64,000 nucleotides of DNA from Aplysia californica (lineage: Eukaryota), in contig NW_004797277.1 of assembly GCF_000002075.1 (NCBI RefSeq), forward strand, positions 1,786,934 to 1,850,933, written 5' to 3'. The translations under genes were made by a program, and so were the position numbers. How positions within the stretch are numbered: position 1 is the stretch's first letter; the number at the start of each line of letters is the position of its first letter. The notes under the pieces were generated by a model that worked only from the letters and a program-made list of their open reading frames with translations, made no database searches and was not told where the DNA came from. Below, piece by piece: positions 53,108 through 64,000 of the stretch.

Positions 53108-53462
53108 TTCTCTCGCCCTCTCTCTTTCTCTTTCTCTCTCTCATAATTTGTCCAACGTGATCTAGTTATAGACTAAAGGGTTCTGGGCGAAATATGAGGT
53201 AAAAATGTTTCTCACGCCTTTAGCATTATTAGTGGTTCTACAAGCAAGCCCCCATGCCACGTCCGATCACGGGACTGACACATTAGTAAGATTTTGGACA
53301 ACGCTTTTCCTGTCTATGAAGAATGCATACACTTGATCACAAACGGCCTGGTGTAACAGTGTTCTCTATGTGGGGTCCAGCAGGCACTTTCCAAAGCTTA
53401 AGAGGCTGACAACACGGCTGTTAAAAGTACGGCCTCGAGAGGCTTTCTCTATGTGGTAGCCC
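52606..53462. mobile_element. PIF/Harbinger-type MITE
   Basis: TTA|GGGCAACCATGTAGAGAAAGCC ... GGCTTTCTCTATGTGGTAGCCC|TTA. Confidence 0.78.
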
Positions 53463-53831
53463 TTACGGAGGTTCCTAGATCTGTTTTCCAGAAATATCTT
53501 ATAATTTATAATTTATACACTGATATACTATACCATTGTTCAAAGCACAGAGACAAAAACTAAACTAAATGAGAAAGATGCAGTAATGAATTTAGGCTAA
53601 GTTTACTGTATGCTGAATGGGGCCAAGTGAGTCGAATGAACGAACTCTCAACACTATGGGATGATCTATATCGTCAGTGTCCTACTCTAACCATGTATAT
53701 ATGCATGAATACTGATTTTCTGAAAAATGGAAAAGTTCTTATAATATATAGAAGTTATATTATAGACAGATCTCGTCTAACATCAGGTAAAACCTATGAA
53801 TTCCTCATAGATATTATTTATAGATCTATTA

Positions 53832-54618
53832 CAGTAGAGTCCGCTCATAACGAGTCCTGAAATAACGAGAAGTCTGTTCTGAAGACACTATTCTAAACCC
53901 CCGTTTTTTTCCATCTTTATCTTTGATGTAAATAAAATAGTGCTATAATAGGGCAATCAGACAAATACGCTAGTCGGTTGAAGCGGAATGTTGCTGCTAC
54001 TGTGCACAGCGCATTGGCCAGTTATAAAACCTCGCCAGTTGAGAAACTTGTTGGTGATCTAGGGAAACCAAGGACCTTACAACTCCTTGAGGGAAACAGA
54101 GAATGGGAGAGCCCACGTATGCCAACGATGAAGGCCGGAACGAATGAGTGGGGAGGGTGTGACATGGCAGACAAGCAGAACGCGTCACTTGATAGACCAG
54201 CTTAGCCTAGTCTAGATTATTTAGGCTTACTACTACCATGTCTCTCACTTCTCCTAATCAGGGATGGAGAGGTCACAGTACTTTGATGGATAGAGCGAAT
54301 GTGTGACGTGCGCAAGCAGACGGAACGCACCACAGGGTGTAGTGGGGTGGGGGACAAGACGCACAGTGGGCGAGTTAACACAGAGACCTTTCTTTCTGAT
54401 CGCCAACGCCAAGCTGTCAACATTGCTAGCGCTAGAGAAAGAAACCTGATTCGATTTTTGATCAAGACCTAGAGGAATAAACAGAACACCAGACTCATAG
54501 ATTAGCCCTACTCTATTATTTCCCTTTAATTTATTACTGGATCCCTTATAATGAGAATCCGGCTATAAGGGATATATCGCATCAGTCCCTTCCTTCTCGT
54601 TATAACAGGATTCCACTG
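53832..54618 (-). mobile_element. Tc1/mariner-pogo-type non-autonomous element, copy 2
   Basis: TA|CAGTAGAGTCCGCTCATAACGAG ... CTCGTTATAACAGGATTCCACTG|TA; homologous to 1758-2591. Confidence 0.82.
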
Positions 54619-55597
54619 TATTATAGATCTCTAGTCTAATATTAGGTAAAACCTATGAATGCCTTCTAGTCGTGTTGCTATCAACAACAAAAATCACACT
54701 TTTATTTAGCAAGACTTGTTTTCATTCTAATGGCGAAGGAAACTTTTTTTTTCATTTCAATGAGACAAGATATGTCTTATCCAAGTTCTAAAATGATATA
54801 CCAGTCTTTTTAGGAATGCTGACGTTGCCACCACACTTTTGTTGTTTGTTTGTTTCTTTTGACCCTGTTTGGTTTTTAGTATGAAATAAATATTCTACTT
54901 GTGATGCGATGCTATGGCTATTTATTAGATTAAAGCTGTGATTATCATTGCTGGAGGAAAATTCCCTTTGATGATCATGTCTCTTCGTCAAATAAATTGT
55001 CATAGTATTTATTATGTTTCTTCATGAGATTTATGCTTGAATTGAGGTTGTGTCCTTCAATTCATTTTTCTGCTGTGAGAAGATAATACGAAGTCCATTG
55101 CAGAATGCATGTTGGAAATACCTATATATATACAAAAATTGTTTCATGATTATTGAAAATGACTGTGTGTGCTGCATCTGTTGCTTGTCGGTAAAATACC
55201 GTACTGATGAAATAAACTGATCTGAAGATTAACATTGTTTTGTTAATTCTTGTGTGTTAAATGCTTCTGGGATATTGCTTGTGTAGCTCGTGCAGGCTTA
55301 TTGGTAGTTTTAGTTGAAGGAGTCTTACTCTTACTGATATAACAAGCTAAAGTCACAGAAAGCTATAATTAATAGTGTATTGTTTTGTGTGTGCTGTTAA
55401 ATTCTAAACAGAAAAATAGTTTATGCTTGTATTTTTGTCTTCAAACCTTGTCTACCATGGTCTCATACCTTCAGTTTATTGAGGGCATCACTTACGACAA
55501 AATCTCTATACAGCGATTGTGCTGTCACATACTAGGCATGATTTATGCCTCTTATTTTAGTCATTGCAAATGGGACCTCACAGACTGAACTGGGATG

Positions 55598-55790
55598 CAC
55601 CACTAGCTCAGTTGATATCATGCTGGACTACGGAGCAGATGGCCCTGGTTCGAATCGCCAATGGGGAATTTTGAACTTCAGTTGTTTTGGGGAGTTCTTA
55701 AGGCTCTTTGCCCATTTAGCTCGGTCCTATAGGAAGATAGACGTTTAGGAGGTTCCGCCTCATAACTTAACAGTGTAGAAAGGAACAGTA
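55598..55790 (+). mobile_element. tRNA-derived SINE fragment
   Basis: TAGCTCAGTTG A box and GGTTCGAATCGCC B box, followed by non-tRNA sequence. Confidence 0.55.
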
Positions 55791-56804
55791 AAATCCATCC
55801 TTCTCTCGGCGGGAGTGATCCATCATGTACATGTATTTTGATACTTTAGTATTGTCATTATGGCCACACTAGACTGAAGACAGAACGTACTCAGTGTTTT
55901 CGCCTGTTTGTAATGACATGGTTTATACTTCGGCTTTCAGTGGAAATAAAATAAGAAATGTGATGTAATTTGGTGTCTTTCTTTTTCCAAGGAAATTTGT
56001 TAGATGACTCATTCAATGGCTGTTGTTGGCACATTATATCCGGATATGTGAACATTGGGCCAGCGAGCACGGCATGTCGCATTTGAAAGGGACTCGCACT
56101 CACACTCACAGCGGCNNNNNNNNNNNNNNNNNNNNNNNNNNNNNNNNNNNNNNNNNNNNNNNNNNNNNNNNNNNNNNNNNNNNNNNNNNNNNNNNNNNNN
56201 NNNNNNNNNNNNNNNNNNNNNNNNNNNNNNNNNNNNNNNNNNNNNNNNNNNNNNNNNNNNNNNNNNNNNNNNNNNNNNNNNNNNNNNNNNNNNNNNNNNN
56301 CTATAATGTCGTCCTGGATACAATGAATAATACACGAGCAGTTTGAGCCTAGGTTGTGAAGACCTAGTTTGTTATCAGTTGTTATAACATGATAAATTCG
56401 TTTACCGTAAAACCGTCCAAATTTTTTGTGAAAACCAGAAACGGTCTTGTTCAGGACTTTTAAAATAGTGTAGTCTCGTAAGATTTTTTGGTTTTTGTTT
56501 AGTTTTTTTAAATTTGGGCACCCCCCCCCCCCCCCCCCCCCGCCGCTCCCCTTTTTTTACTTCTCAAAGTGAATTTTTTTCCACATTTTGTGAGAATCTT
56601 ATCTTCTATCTTAAGAGCACATTTCCCGCTCGGAGCCGTTAAATTGACCTTTAAGTTAATAAAAATTAAAGGATGCACACAAATTACAATTCAGGTTTTA
56701 CCTTGGAAAGGAATTTTAAATCACTTAGGTATTGAAATTGGCAGGGCAGTTATCCAATGCAAGGTCAAGGAAACACGGAGATCCTATAAGATCTTTTCCT
56801 GGAA

Positions 56805-56821
56805 TGATAATAATAATAATG

Positions 56822-56887
<66 letters not shown>

Positions 56888-56905
56888 GCCTACTAATAAT
56901 AATAA
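56805..56905. repeat. (AAT)n microsatellite
   Basis: Direct reading. Confidence 0.95.
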
Positions 56906-57696
56906 CTTAAGTTATTAACAAATATCTCATCAGTTCCATCAACTTTTTTTTTTTGGGAGGGGGGGGGGGGGTAAAATGCATGATTGAGTTTTAATTATTT
57001 TTTAATCGCAAGGGTCTGAGCTTTGTTTTGTGGTTCTTGCAGTAGTTGTTTTAATTCTTGGATTCTATTGGTGCCAAGTGTGCCAGAGGCCTGAGACAAA
57101 GAGAGAAGAAAAAAAAGGATGCATAGTACATGTATTTCGAATGAGGTCGATCACTGACACCTCAGCGTTTCTAGCGTGTGCTGTGCCGATTTTTAAACTG
57201 TTTTATATTCCTTTGGTTGCATCTTTTTAAAAATTATGATTATGTTTTCTCGCGGGGTGATTTCTCTTTGGAGATATAAAATCAGGATAGTGGCCCCAAA
57301 GGCCGTCTTCAAGTCATTTCAGCGAAAGTAAGCGAACATTGTGAGGTCTTTACCGTATCACCCACAAAAGCTGTCCAGCTGAATGCAAGTATTTGCCTAT
57401 TTGGATACCTTGAATAAGGAATTGTTTAGCTATTGCATTTTGTTTTGTCGCTTCAAACGATGTTTGTTAGATTTCGTAGAGTTAATTTTACAGCTGATAT
57501 TGTTTTGATTATAAGAGCCTTAATTGAGTTTTATTTAACTGAAAGCATAATTTTTCTATATATCTCATAAGTGTTAATATAGTCAATCGCAACAGTGTGG
57601 ACGGCCCTGGCATTCCTTAACCTCGCGATTCCAACCTTTGCCCCATATAGATCTTGCGGCGAGAATCCCTGGAAAGACCGTCTTTATTCAAGAAGC

Positions 57697-57762
57697 ATGG
57701 CTGGGAACAATAACGATGGTGTGGATGGTGCTACCATTCTTGTTCGAGCTTTAAAACAACAG
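57697..57762 (+). CDS. HACL1: 2-hydroxyacyl-CoA lyase 1, coding exon 1
   Basis: MAGNNNDGVDGATILVRALKQQ|GTAACA; TPP-enzyme N-terminal helix. Confidence 0.85.
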
Positions 57763-58314
57763 GTAACAAAATAAGTCTTTGTTGGGATTCTAAGTTTCTA
57801 TTGTCGCCTGCGATCTGGATCCGAAGGAATTTCTGCTCGTTTTGTTTGTATCGGGTATTCACGAACTCTAACCTTTGACCTTGTTACTTGTTTGCTGGCT
57901 CGGGGTGGAACTGGAACATGTTACCCTTTGTAGCTAGATCTAGACTAGTTGGTAACGGAGGGCTAGAGAAACTTTCCCTACATTTGGAATAAATTTGACA
58001 ATGTTTGAGGCAGAGAGCAAGTGGTCAGATAGCTGAAAGTTGAAAAATACTTTCCCTTGCCTTAGACCTGGCGTCACAGACTGTGTGTGTGTGTGTGTGG
58101 GGGGGNNNNNNNNNNNNNNNNNNNNNNNNNNNNNNNNNNNNNNNNNNNNNNNNNNNNNNNNNNNNNNNNNNNNNNNNNNNNNNNNNNNNNNNNNNNNNNN
58201 NNNNNNNNNNNNNNNNNNNNNNNNNNNNNNNNNNNNNNNNNNNNNNNNNNNNNNNNNNNNNNNNNNNNNNNNNNNNNNNNNNNNNNNNNNNNCCCACACA
58301 CACACACCCAGATA

Positions 58315-59135
58315 CTGTCAAACCTGTGTAAGACGGCCACCCATTGTCAAGGAGAAAAGTGGCCGTCGTATAAGACAGGTGGTCGTCTCAGGCAGGACTG
58401 ATCAAGATGAAGAAAACAAACCATTCCATCTGAGGTCCCAATCGAAAGTAGCCGCATTGTTGTTGTTGGTGGTGGTGGTTTGTATTTTGTTTGTAAATTT
58501 TATTTTGTTGCTGATTTTGCACAAGGGTGACAATAAAACTAAATGTATATCAGACAAGGAAGACCGAGTGCCATGTTAAAACAAACTACAAACACATGGG
58601 TTGCCACCACTCGGAGAACGAGCGACGCTTTTGTCTCAAGTTCATGTTGACGTCCTTTGTTACTTTGTTACAGACTGGGTAAACAGTGACCACTCATTTC
58701 ACTTACGATTTGTGTATGAGTTCTGGGCGGGGCTTATGGGTTATGAGGGATCACCTTACCTTACCATCAGCTGAAAATTGGTACCCATTGGTCAACAGTG
58801 GGAGGGGCTTACACAACATGATTGGTTGGTGGGACTCTAACAACAACGACAGGTGATTGAATTGTGAGGGCTCGCCCACAACGCCTGGGGCCAATGCACA
58901 ATCTATGACAAAACGTAATTTATAGAGTCACTAAGGTGGCCGTCTAAGACAGGTGTTATTGCTTAGTGTGATAGGGGTTGTGTGTTAAAATATGGTGGCC
59001 GCGGCCGCGTTGAACAGGTGCCCGTTTTACACAGTCAAATTATATAGAAAAAAACGCAAGGGGGGGAATGGAAAGTGGCCGTTTCTACAGGTGGCCGTCT
59101 TACTTATAGAGGTGAGCCAGGGCAGGTGTACGCTG
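58315..59135. mobile_element. pogo/Tc1-mariner-type non-autonomous element (long copy of the 494-767 family)
   Basis: TA|CTGTCAAACCTGTGTAAGACGGCCACC; repeated GTGGCCGT...ACAGGT motifs at both ends. Confidence 0.65.
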
Positions 59136-62100
59136 TGGGTGGTTGGCGGGTGCTCAGGTGTGGTTTACTTCTTCTTTCCTATCAAACATCTATCGTCTTT
59201 ATCTCCCCTCCTTTTTTGTGTGTGTTTGTTACTCTCTTTTAACACCTCTAATCTTCGGCACTTATATGACCTTATTGTGTTGCAAGTGCCCTAAAACACT
59301 TAAACTAAAACTAAAGAGATGCACTGTGCAGGGGATGAACTGCAGTATTTTTTTGCTGCAGGAATTAATCACCAATATTCAAAAACATTTCTAACATAAT
59401 ATACTAAACCAAATTATGGGAAGTAAAAAAGTAACATGGGGTGTTTCCTCCTTGTGTAACCCCCCCAGATTTTTTTAACCCTTGGGTAAGGTGTTCTGAA
59501 ACCCGTCCCCCCATTGGTCTAAAACGCAGAAATTAGAACACAATTTAGCTTATATAGATCTAGTTCGTATTAAAACGATGAAATATTTCAATTTATTTGC
59601 GGCAAATATGAAGCCAATATTCGTGTAAAGCAGATAAAAATTAAAAGAAAAGGGCTTTACAAAACCTGAGCATGAGACCTCTTTGCGTATTGGTGTCTCT
59701 CAGCTTGGGGCCTGTCCTTTCTGGGATGTCCTTCCATTTCTTTCACTTTCAATGCCTGCTTCTCCAATTCCCATCCCTGCATTGCTCCGTATTCTGTTGC
59801 ACAGGATTTTCTTTACAAGTAATTGTGATTGTGAGAGTTGTCTGTACTTTATTACCTTATACTGTAGTTTCTTCACTGACTTCATTTCATCAGTAAGGCA
59901 TTTCTCCTCCTTACGCCTATTGTGACTGTGTAGTTGGAAGTGGGAGGGGGTTGAACTCTGGTGTGGTTTGCTTCTTCACCTTCTTTTTTGATTAAAACAT
60001 CAGCTGTTGTTTTCTCTCCTCCTTCGTTTTTGTTTAAATTGTTACACTCTCTTACATCTAATCTTTGGCATGTATTACCCAATTGTGTTGCAAGTGCCTA
60101 TCAGTCAAGGTTCACGGCCCAAAAATTAAAGACATAGGCTCAAAGATAGAACGTTCATTCATTAAGAATTTATACAAATAATCAGAATTAATAAGTTGAC
60201 CAAGACCAATGTGTACACAGAAGAGAAAATTGCCTGAAGAGGATTTGCAAAAATACAGATGGAAGCTTCAACAGCCTTTGCTGTTATTTATGAGTACAGT
60301 CAAATCTCGTTAAACCGCCACCATTGGGACAAGCATGAAGTTGGCAGAACGTTACAGCAGGGCGTGGCGGTTCAACAGGGTTCCTGTGTTGTATAGCCCC
60401 GCCTGTCCCCTGTCAAGGAACGACTCTGCTATGCAGTGTTTGTTGATATACATGTACATGCACATTTATTCAGAGCCGAGAGTTCTCTTTTTCTCTATGA
60501 ATGTCTTTCTCATGGGAGAAAGATTATAAAAAGCAGCCAACCATTGGGTGTTGTGTACCATGTATAGTGTGTGTACTTCTGGTGGTCAGTTCGCTGGTGG
60601 TGTGGTGAGGCAAATTTTAGGTAAATAAGCGCTGTACAACTCAGACAGTTCGTGAATGATGGTGTGAAGGCGTAAAAGTACAGGTTGTCTTTTCTTAAAA
60701 AAAGAGGACCCGCTTAAAGGGCAATAGCTCGGTCTTCTCCACATTGATTTAAAAGTTTGAAAAAAAAAAATTCAACCATGAGAATGTAAAGTTTGTTTTA
60801 TATAAGTAAAGAAAATCAATCGACATATCAGAAATGTAATGTTTTTAAAATTTCAATAAAAATTGGGTAAAACGCTAAATCTTACTTCTTATAAAAAAGT
60901 AAAAGTGTTTAGCTACAGGGGCGTGATTGGCCTGTTATGGTTTTGGGATAAGGACAGTAAAACCACAACAGTCACCTCAGATAGGGATCTAAATATACCG
61001 AGAAAGTTTTAAGTTTGTGCATAATGTGTTGTGCTGTACAGGCCTGGTTCCAGTGGGATTGAGCCACAACTTGCACATCAAGATTGGCCCTGATATAGTT
61101 GCAAGAAAGGTTTGGGGAACCGTAAATTTACAAATGAAAGGTTACCACATTCCCCGCAACTTGACGCCCTTCAGCCTTCAGGTATAATAAATTACCTTTG
61201 GGATTTTTTAAGAGAGTGTAGGGAAACAACCCATGAACAATCGAACAGTTGAAACCCAATGTTGAACATTATAATGTCCAAAGAATTCTCCAAGAAAGAT
61301 GCCACAGATTTATTCAAAATTTCTAGTGGCGTATTGGTGCTTGTATGGAAAGAAATCTACACGTGGAGATTTAAATAGCCAACCCCTTCCTTGAGTTTAT
61401 TTAGCAATATCAATTTTGTATTAATTTGTTCTTCAATGCAATGCACATGTTGTGACTAATTGAAATAGGGTTCATTTTTCAAAACTTGCCATAATCTAGT
61501 GTCATGATGGAATAAATCCTGTGGAATAACGGGGGGTGGTTCGGGATCTGTTGAACTATCCGGCTTCTATATATACTTATATCGACTCCCCCCCCCCACC
61601 CAAACACATACAGACCATTTATACCTACATCTTCACTATTCTCCCTCCCCCGACGCACAATGTACGCACACACTCACACACAAACATGCGCGCTCACACA
61701 CACCAAATATAAATACTATAGCCCTAGAACATTTTTGTATTTATAGACCTACGTAATGTTAGAGCTTCAAAGATAGCCTAAAGTACAATCAATGTTGTAG
61801 CAATTACTCTTCGTAAATCAAATCTAGAATCAATTACAATACAGCATACTTAAACGCACAAGCTCTGAGAAAGTTGGTTCACAACAATTTCTAGTTATAA
61901 TTTAAAAATCTTAATCACATGTCTCTTAACACCGTTTTAAGTGGGGAAGTTTTACCAAATATGCTAATAATAGCTAACTTAGCATTTGGCCAGGATGAGG
62001 GTTGAAAAAGGGAAAGGAGAGTATATTGGGCCCAACCCCTGTCAGTCGAGTGCCTCTCGCAAAACCAACACTCTCATCAGTAAAAATTTCTCTATAAAAC

Positions 62101-62899
62101 ATCAGTGGACAAAGGTCACTTTAGCTGGTCTGGGCCAGGTAAGGGTGTAGTAGAGAATAAGTGATAAATAGAACACCAAACAGAACCATGGGTGGCTAAA
62201 AATTCAAAAGGCGTTAAAGATAAGAGCCATGCTCACAGTGAATGTGTACTGACAGTAACTAGAGACAGGTTAAAAGTTAATATTACTGATAAAACACAAC
62301 ATTCTAAATGTACTGTTCAAGACAGTCTAATCCTTGAGTTGTAAGCAACTGAAAAGTTAAATTGGCAACCAGTGATAAGAGACTTCCTCTTTGTGCCCTG
62401 TGGTGGTCAATTTTGGCAATCGTTGGCTTTTAGCGTGGCGTTCACGTGCGGAGTTGCTTGCAGTGAGTAAATGACTGGAGGCACTGACAACAAAGTTGCA
62501 AGCCAGCATTGATGAAACAGATGGAGGAAAGAGTCACTGCAGTGTGACAACAGGTCGGTGAGCTCCTATCGTCTTTTTTGGTGCATCCAAATCAGCAACG
62601 TGGTTTTTGAATCATGTTGATAAATGTTTTATTGGATTCAAATGGAACTGAATATAATTTATTATCGGCAATATCTCTTGTGTCCTCTGTATAGCCGACA
62701 AAAAATGACCGGCTCCACCAATATATCTTGGCTAGTTAATGAACAGCCCCTGAACCTAACACAATTAAATTTCTTTTAATGTCTTCTCTCTTTAACTCTA
62801 ATCAAGCCTTTTTACATGAATTTATCTTGACAGATGTTCATTGAACAAATTAAATAGCTCATACTTATTTTGATATTTTACTCTTTTTCTTTCTTGTAG

Positions 62900-63004
62900 G
62901 GTGTGGAGTACATGTTTGGCATAGTTGGTGTGCCAGTCATAGAAGTGGGTATGGCAGCCCAAGCCGAAGGGATCAAGTTCATAGCGATGAGAAATGAACA
63001 AGCA
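62900..63004 (+). CDS. HACL1: 2-hydroxyacyl-CoA lyase 1, coding exon 2
   Basis: [35 protein letters not shown] (catalytic Glu motif RNEQA). Confidence 0.94.
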
Positions 63005-63619
63005 GTAAGTATAGCTACATGCCATTTTGTTTTCTGAACTCTGCAATAGTTTGTCAAACCCTTCCCTTCATTGGATGATTTTACCCTAAGGAGAGTCAAC
63101 TTACTGCTAAATGAGTGCGATAACATGATTAATCAAACACTGCACTTTTATTATGTTTTTTTTAACTTAGTGCTACATTGATAATGATTCATGGAATGCA
63201 AATCACATCACACAGTCACTTCAATGGGGGTATGTGGGTGGTTTGTGGGTTCTCTTGTATGATTGGCTTCTTTTTTCAAAAATTCAATGCAGTTACTGTT
63301 GCCCTAATCTGTCCCTGCCTAAGTACAGCAGTTATTGTGATGATACACTTGTAACTTCAAGTGAATACAATAGACACAGGCAACAGAAGGTGTTATGACT
63401 TTAAAAATGTGAGAAAGCTAGTATAACATACATTTTTGTTTTGATGCTAACTTTGTTGTTTTCTCAGCTAATGTAGAAGTCATATTGTCTCTTTACTTGC
63501 AGCACTTAATTTATTGTTTGTTAATCTCTTTTTCTGAATCTGAGAAAATTATATTTCACTATAAGAATAGGCTTTAGTGTTGTTTCCTCTGGTAAGACAA
63601 TGAATTACATGTATCACAG

Positions 63620-63741
63620 GCATCCTACGCTGCATCTGCTATTGGTTACTTGACTCGGAAGCCAGCCGTGTGCCTCGTAGTGTCGGGCCCAGGTTTGGTT
63701 CATGCTCTCGCTGGGATGTCCAATGCAATGGAAAATTGCTG
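63620..63741 (+). CDS. HACL1: 2-hydroxyacyl-CoA lyase 1, coding exon 3; the gene continues beyond the window
   Basis: [41 protein letters not shown]. Confidence 0.94.
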
Positions 63742-64000
63742 GTAAGTACCAATGAAGCAGACCTTGTTTTTTAAATCTTTGTCCAAGCAAGCCTTCTGTG
63801 AATACTGGTAATAATACATTGCTTCGATGCATGTGTAGTAAATATATCCTCACTTCAAATCAGGATATATGCTTTATCATATTATCCAGACAGACTCAAT
63901 GGCTGTAGCATTCTTGTAGATTTCAGTTTCTTGGATAGTTTCATGGAAGCTGTAGCTTCTCAGACGCTAGAAAACTGACAATATCTTTTAAACTCTTCAG

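Noticed and set aside
60297-62755. Single transposon-like ends (CAGTCAAATCTCG at 60297, TTAAAGGGCAATAG at 60714, GAACAGCCCCT near 62745)
   Set aside because: No convincing partner ends, so element boundaries cannot be supported.

Overview
AT-rich animal genomic DNA, with spliceosomal GT-AG introns, microsatellites and three N gaps. It is probably an invertebrate, likely lophotrochozoan (inference). Three host genes: (1) the first coding exon of a type II phosphatidylinositol 4-kinase (PI4K2A/B-like, minus strand, 7343-7909, continuing off the left edge); (2) head-to-head with it, a near-complete attractin/attractin-like gene (plus strand, ATG 8772 to TGA 41112; EGF-CUB-EGF-6xKelch-PSI-laminin EGF-TM-MASRPF tail), with one exon probably lost in an N gap; (3) the first three coding exons of 2-hydroxyacyl-CoA lyase HACL1 (plus, from 57697). 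The most notable observation is a duplicated pair of 59-nt, phase-identical exons (34752-34810 and 36671-36729) encoding alternative juxtamembrane/N-terminal transmembrane segments of attractin. They are predicted to be mutually exclusive and are flanked by complementary intronic segments and TGCATG motifs. Introns and intergenic DNA hold many transposons: a decayed full-length Mutator (DDE-SWIM-PHD) element with a 9-bp TSD, a Sola-like element with a ~170-bp periodic internal box, a 1.5-kb palindrome of two MITEs sharing one target sequence, and TTAA-, hAT-, Harbinger- and pogo-type MITEs, tRNA-derived SINEs and a Rex/Babar-like LINE fragment. Coordinates were read by eye and no searches were run.
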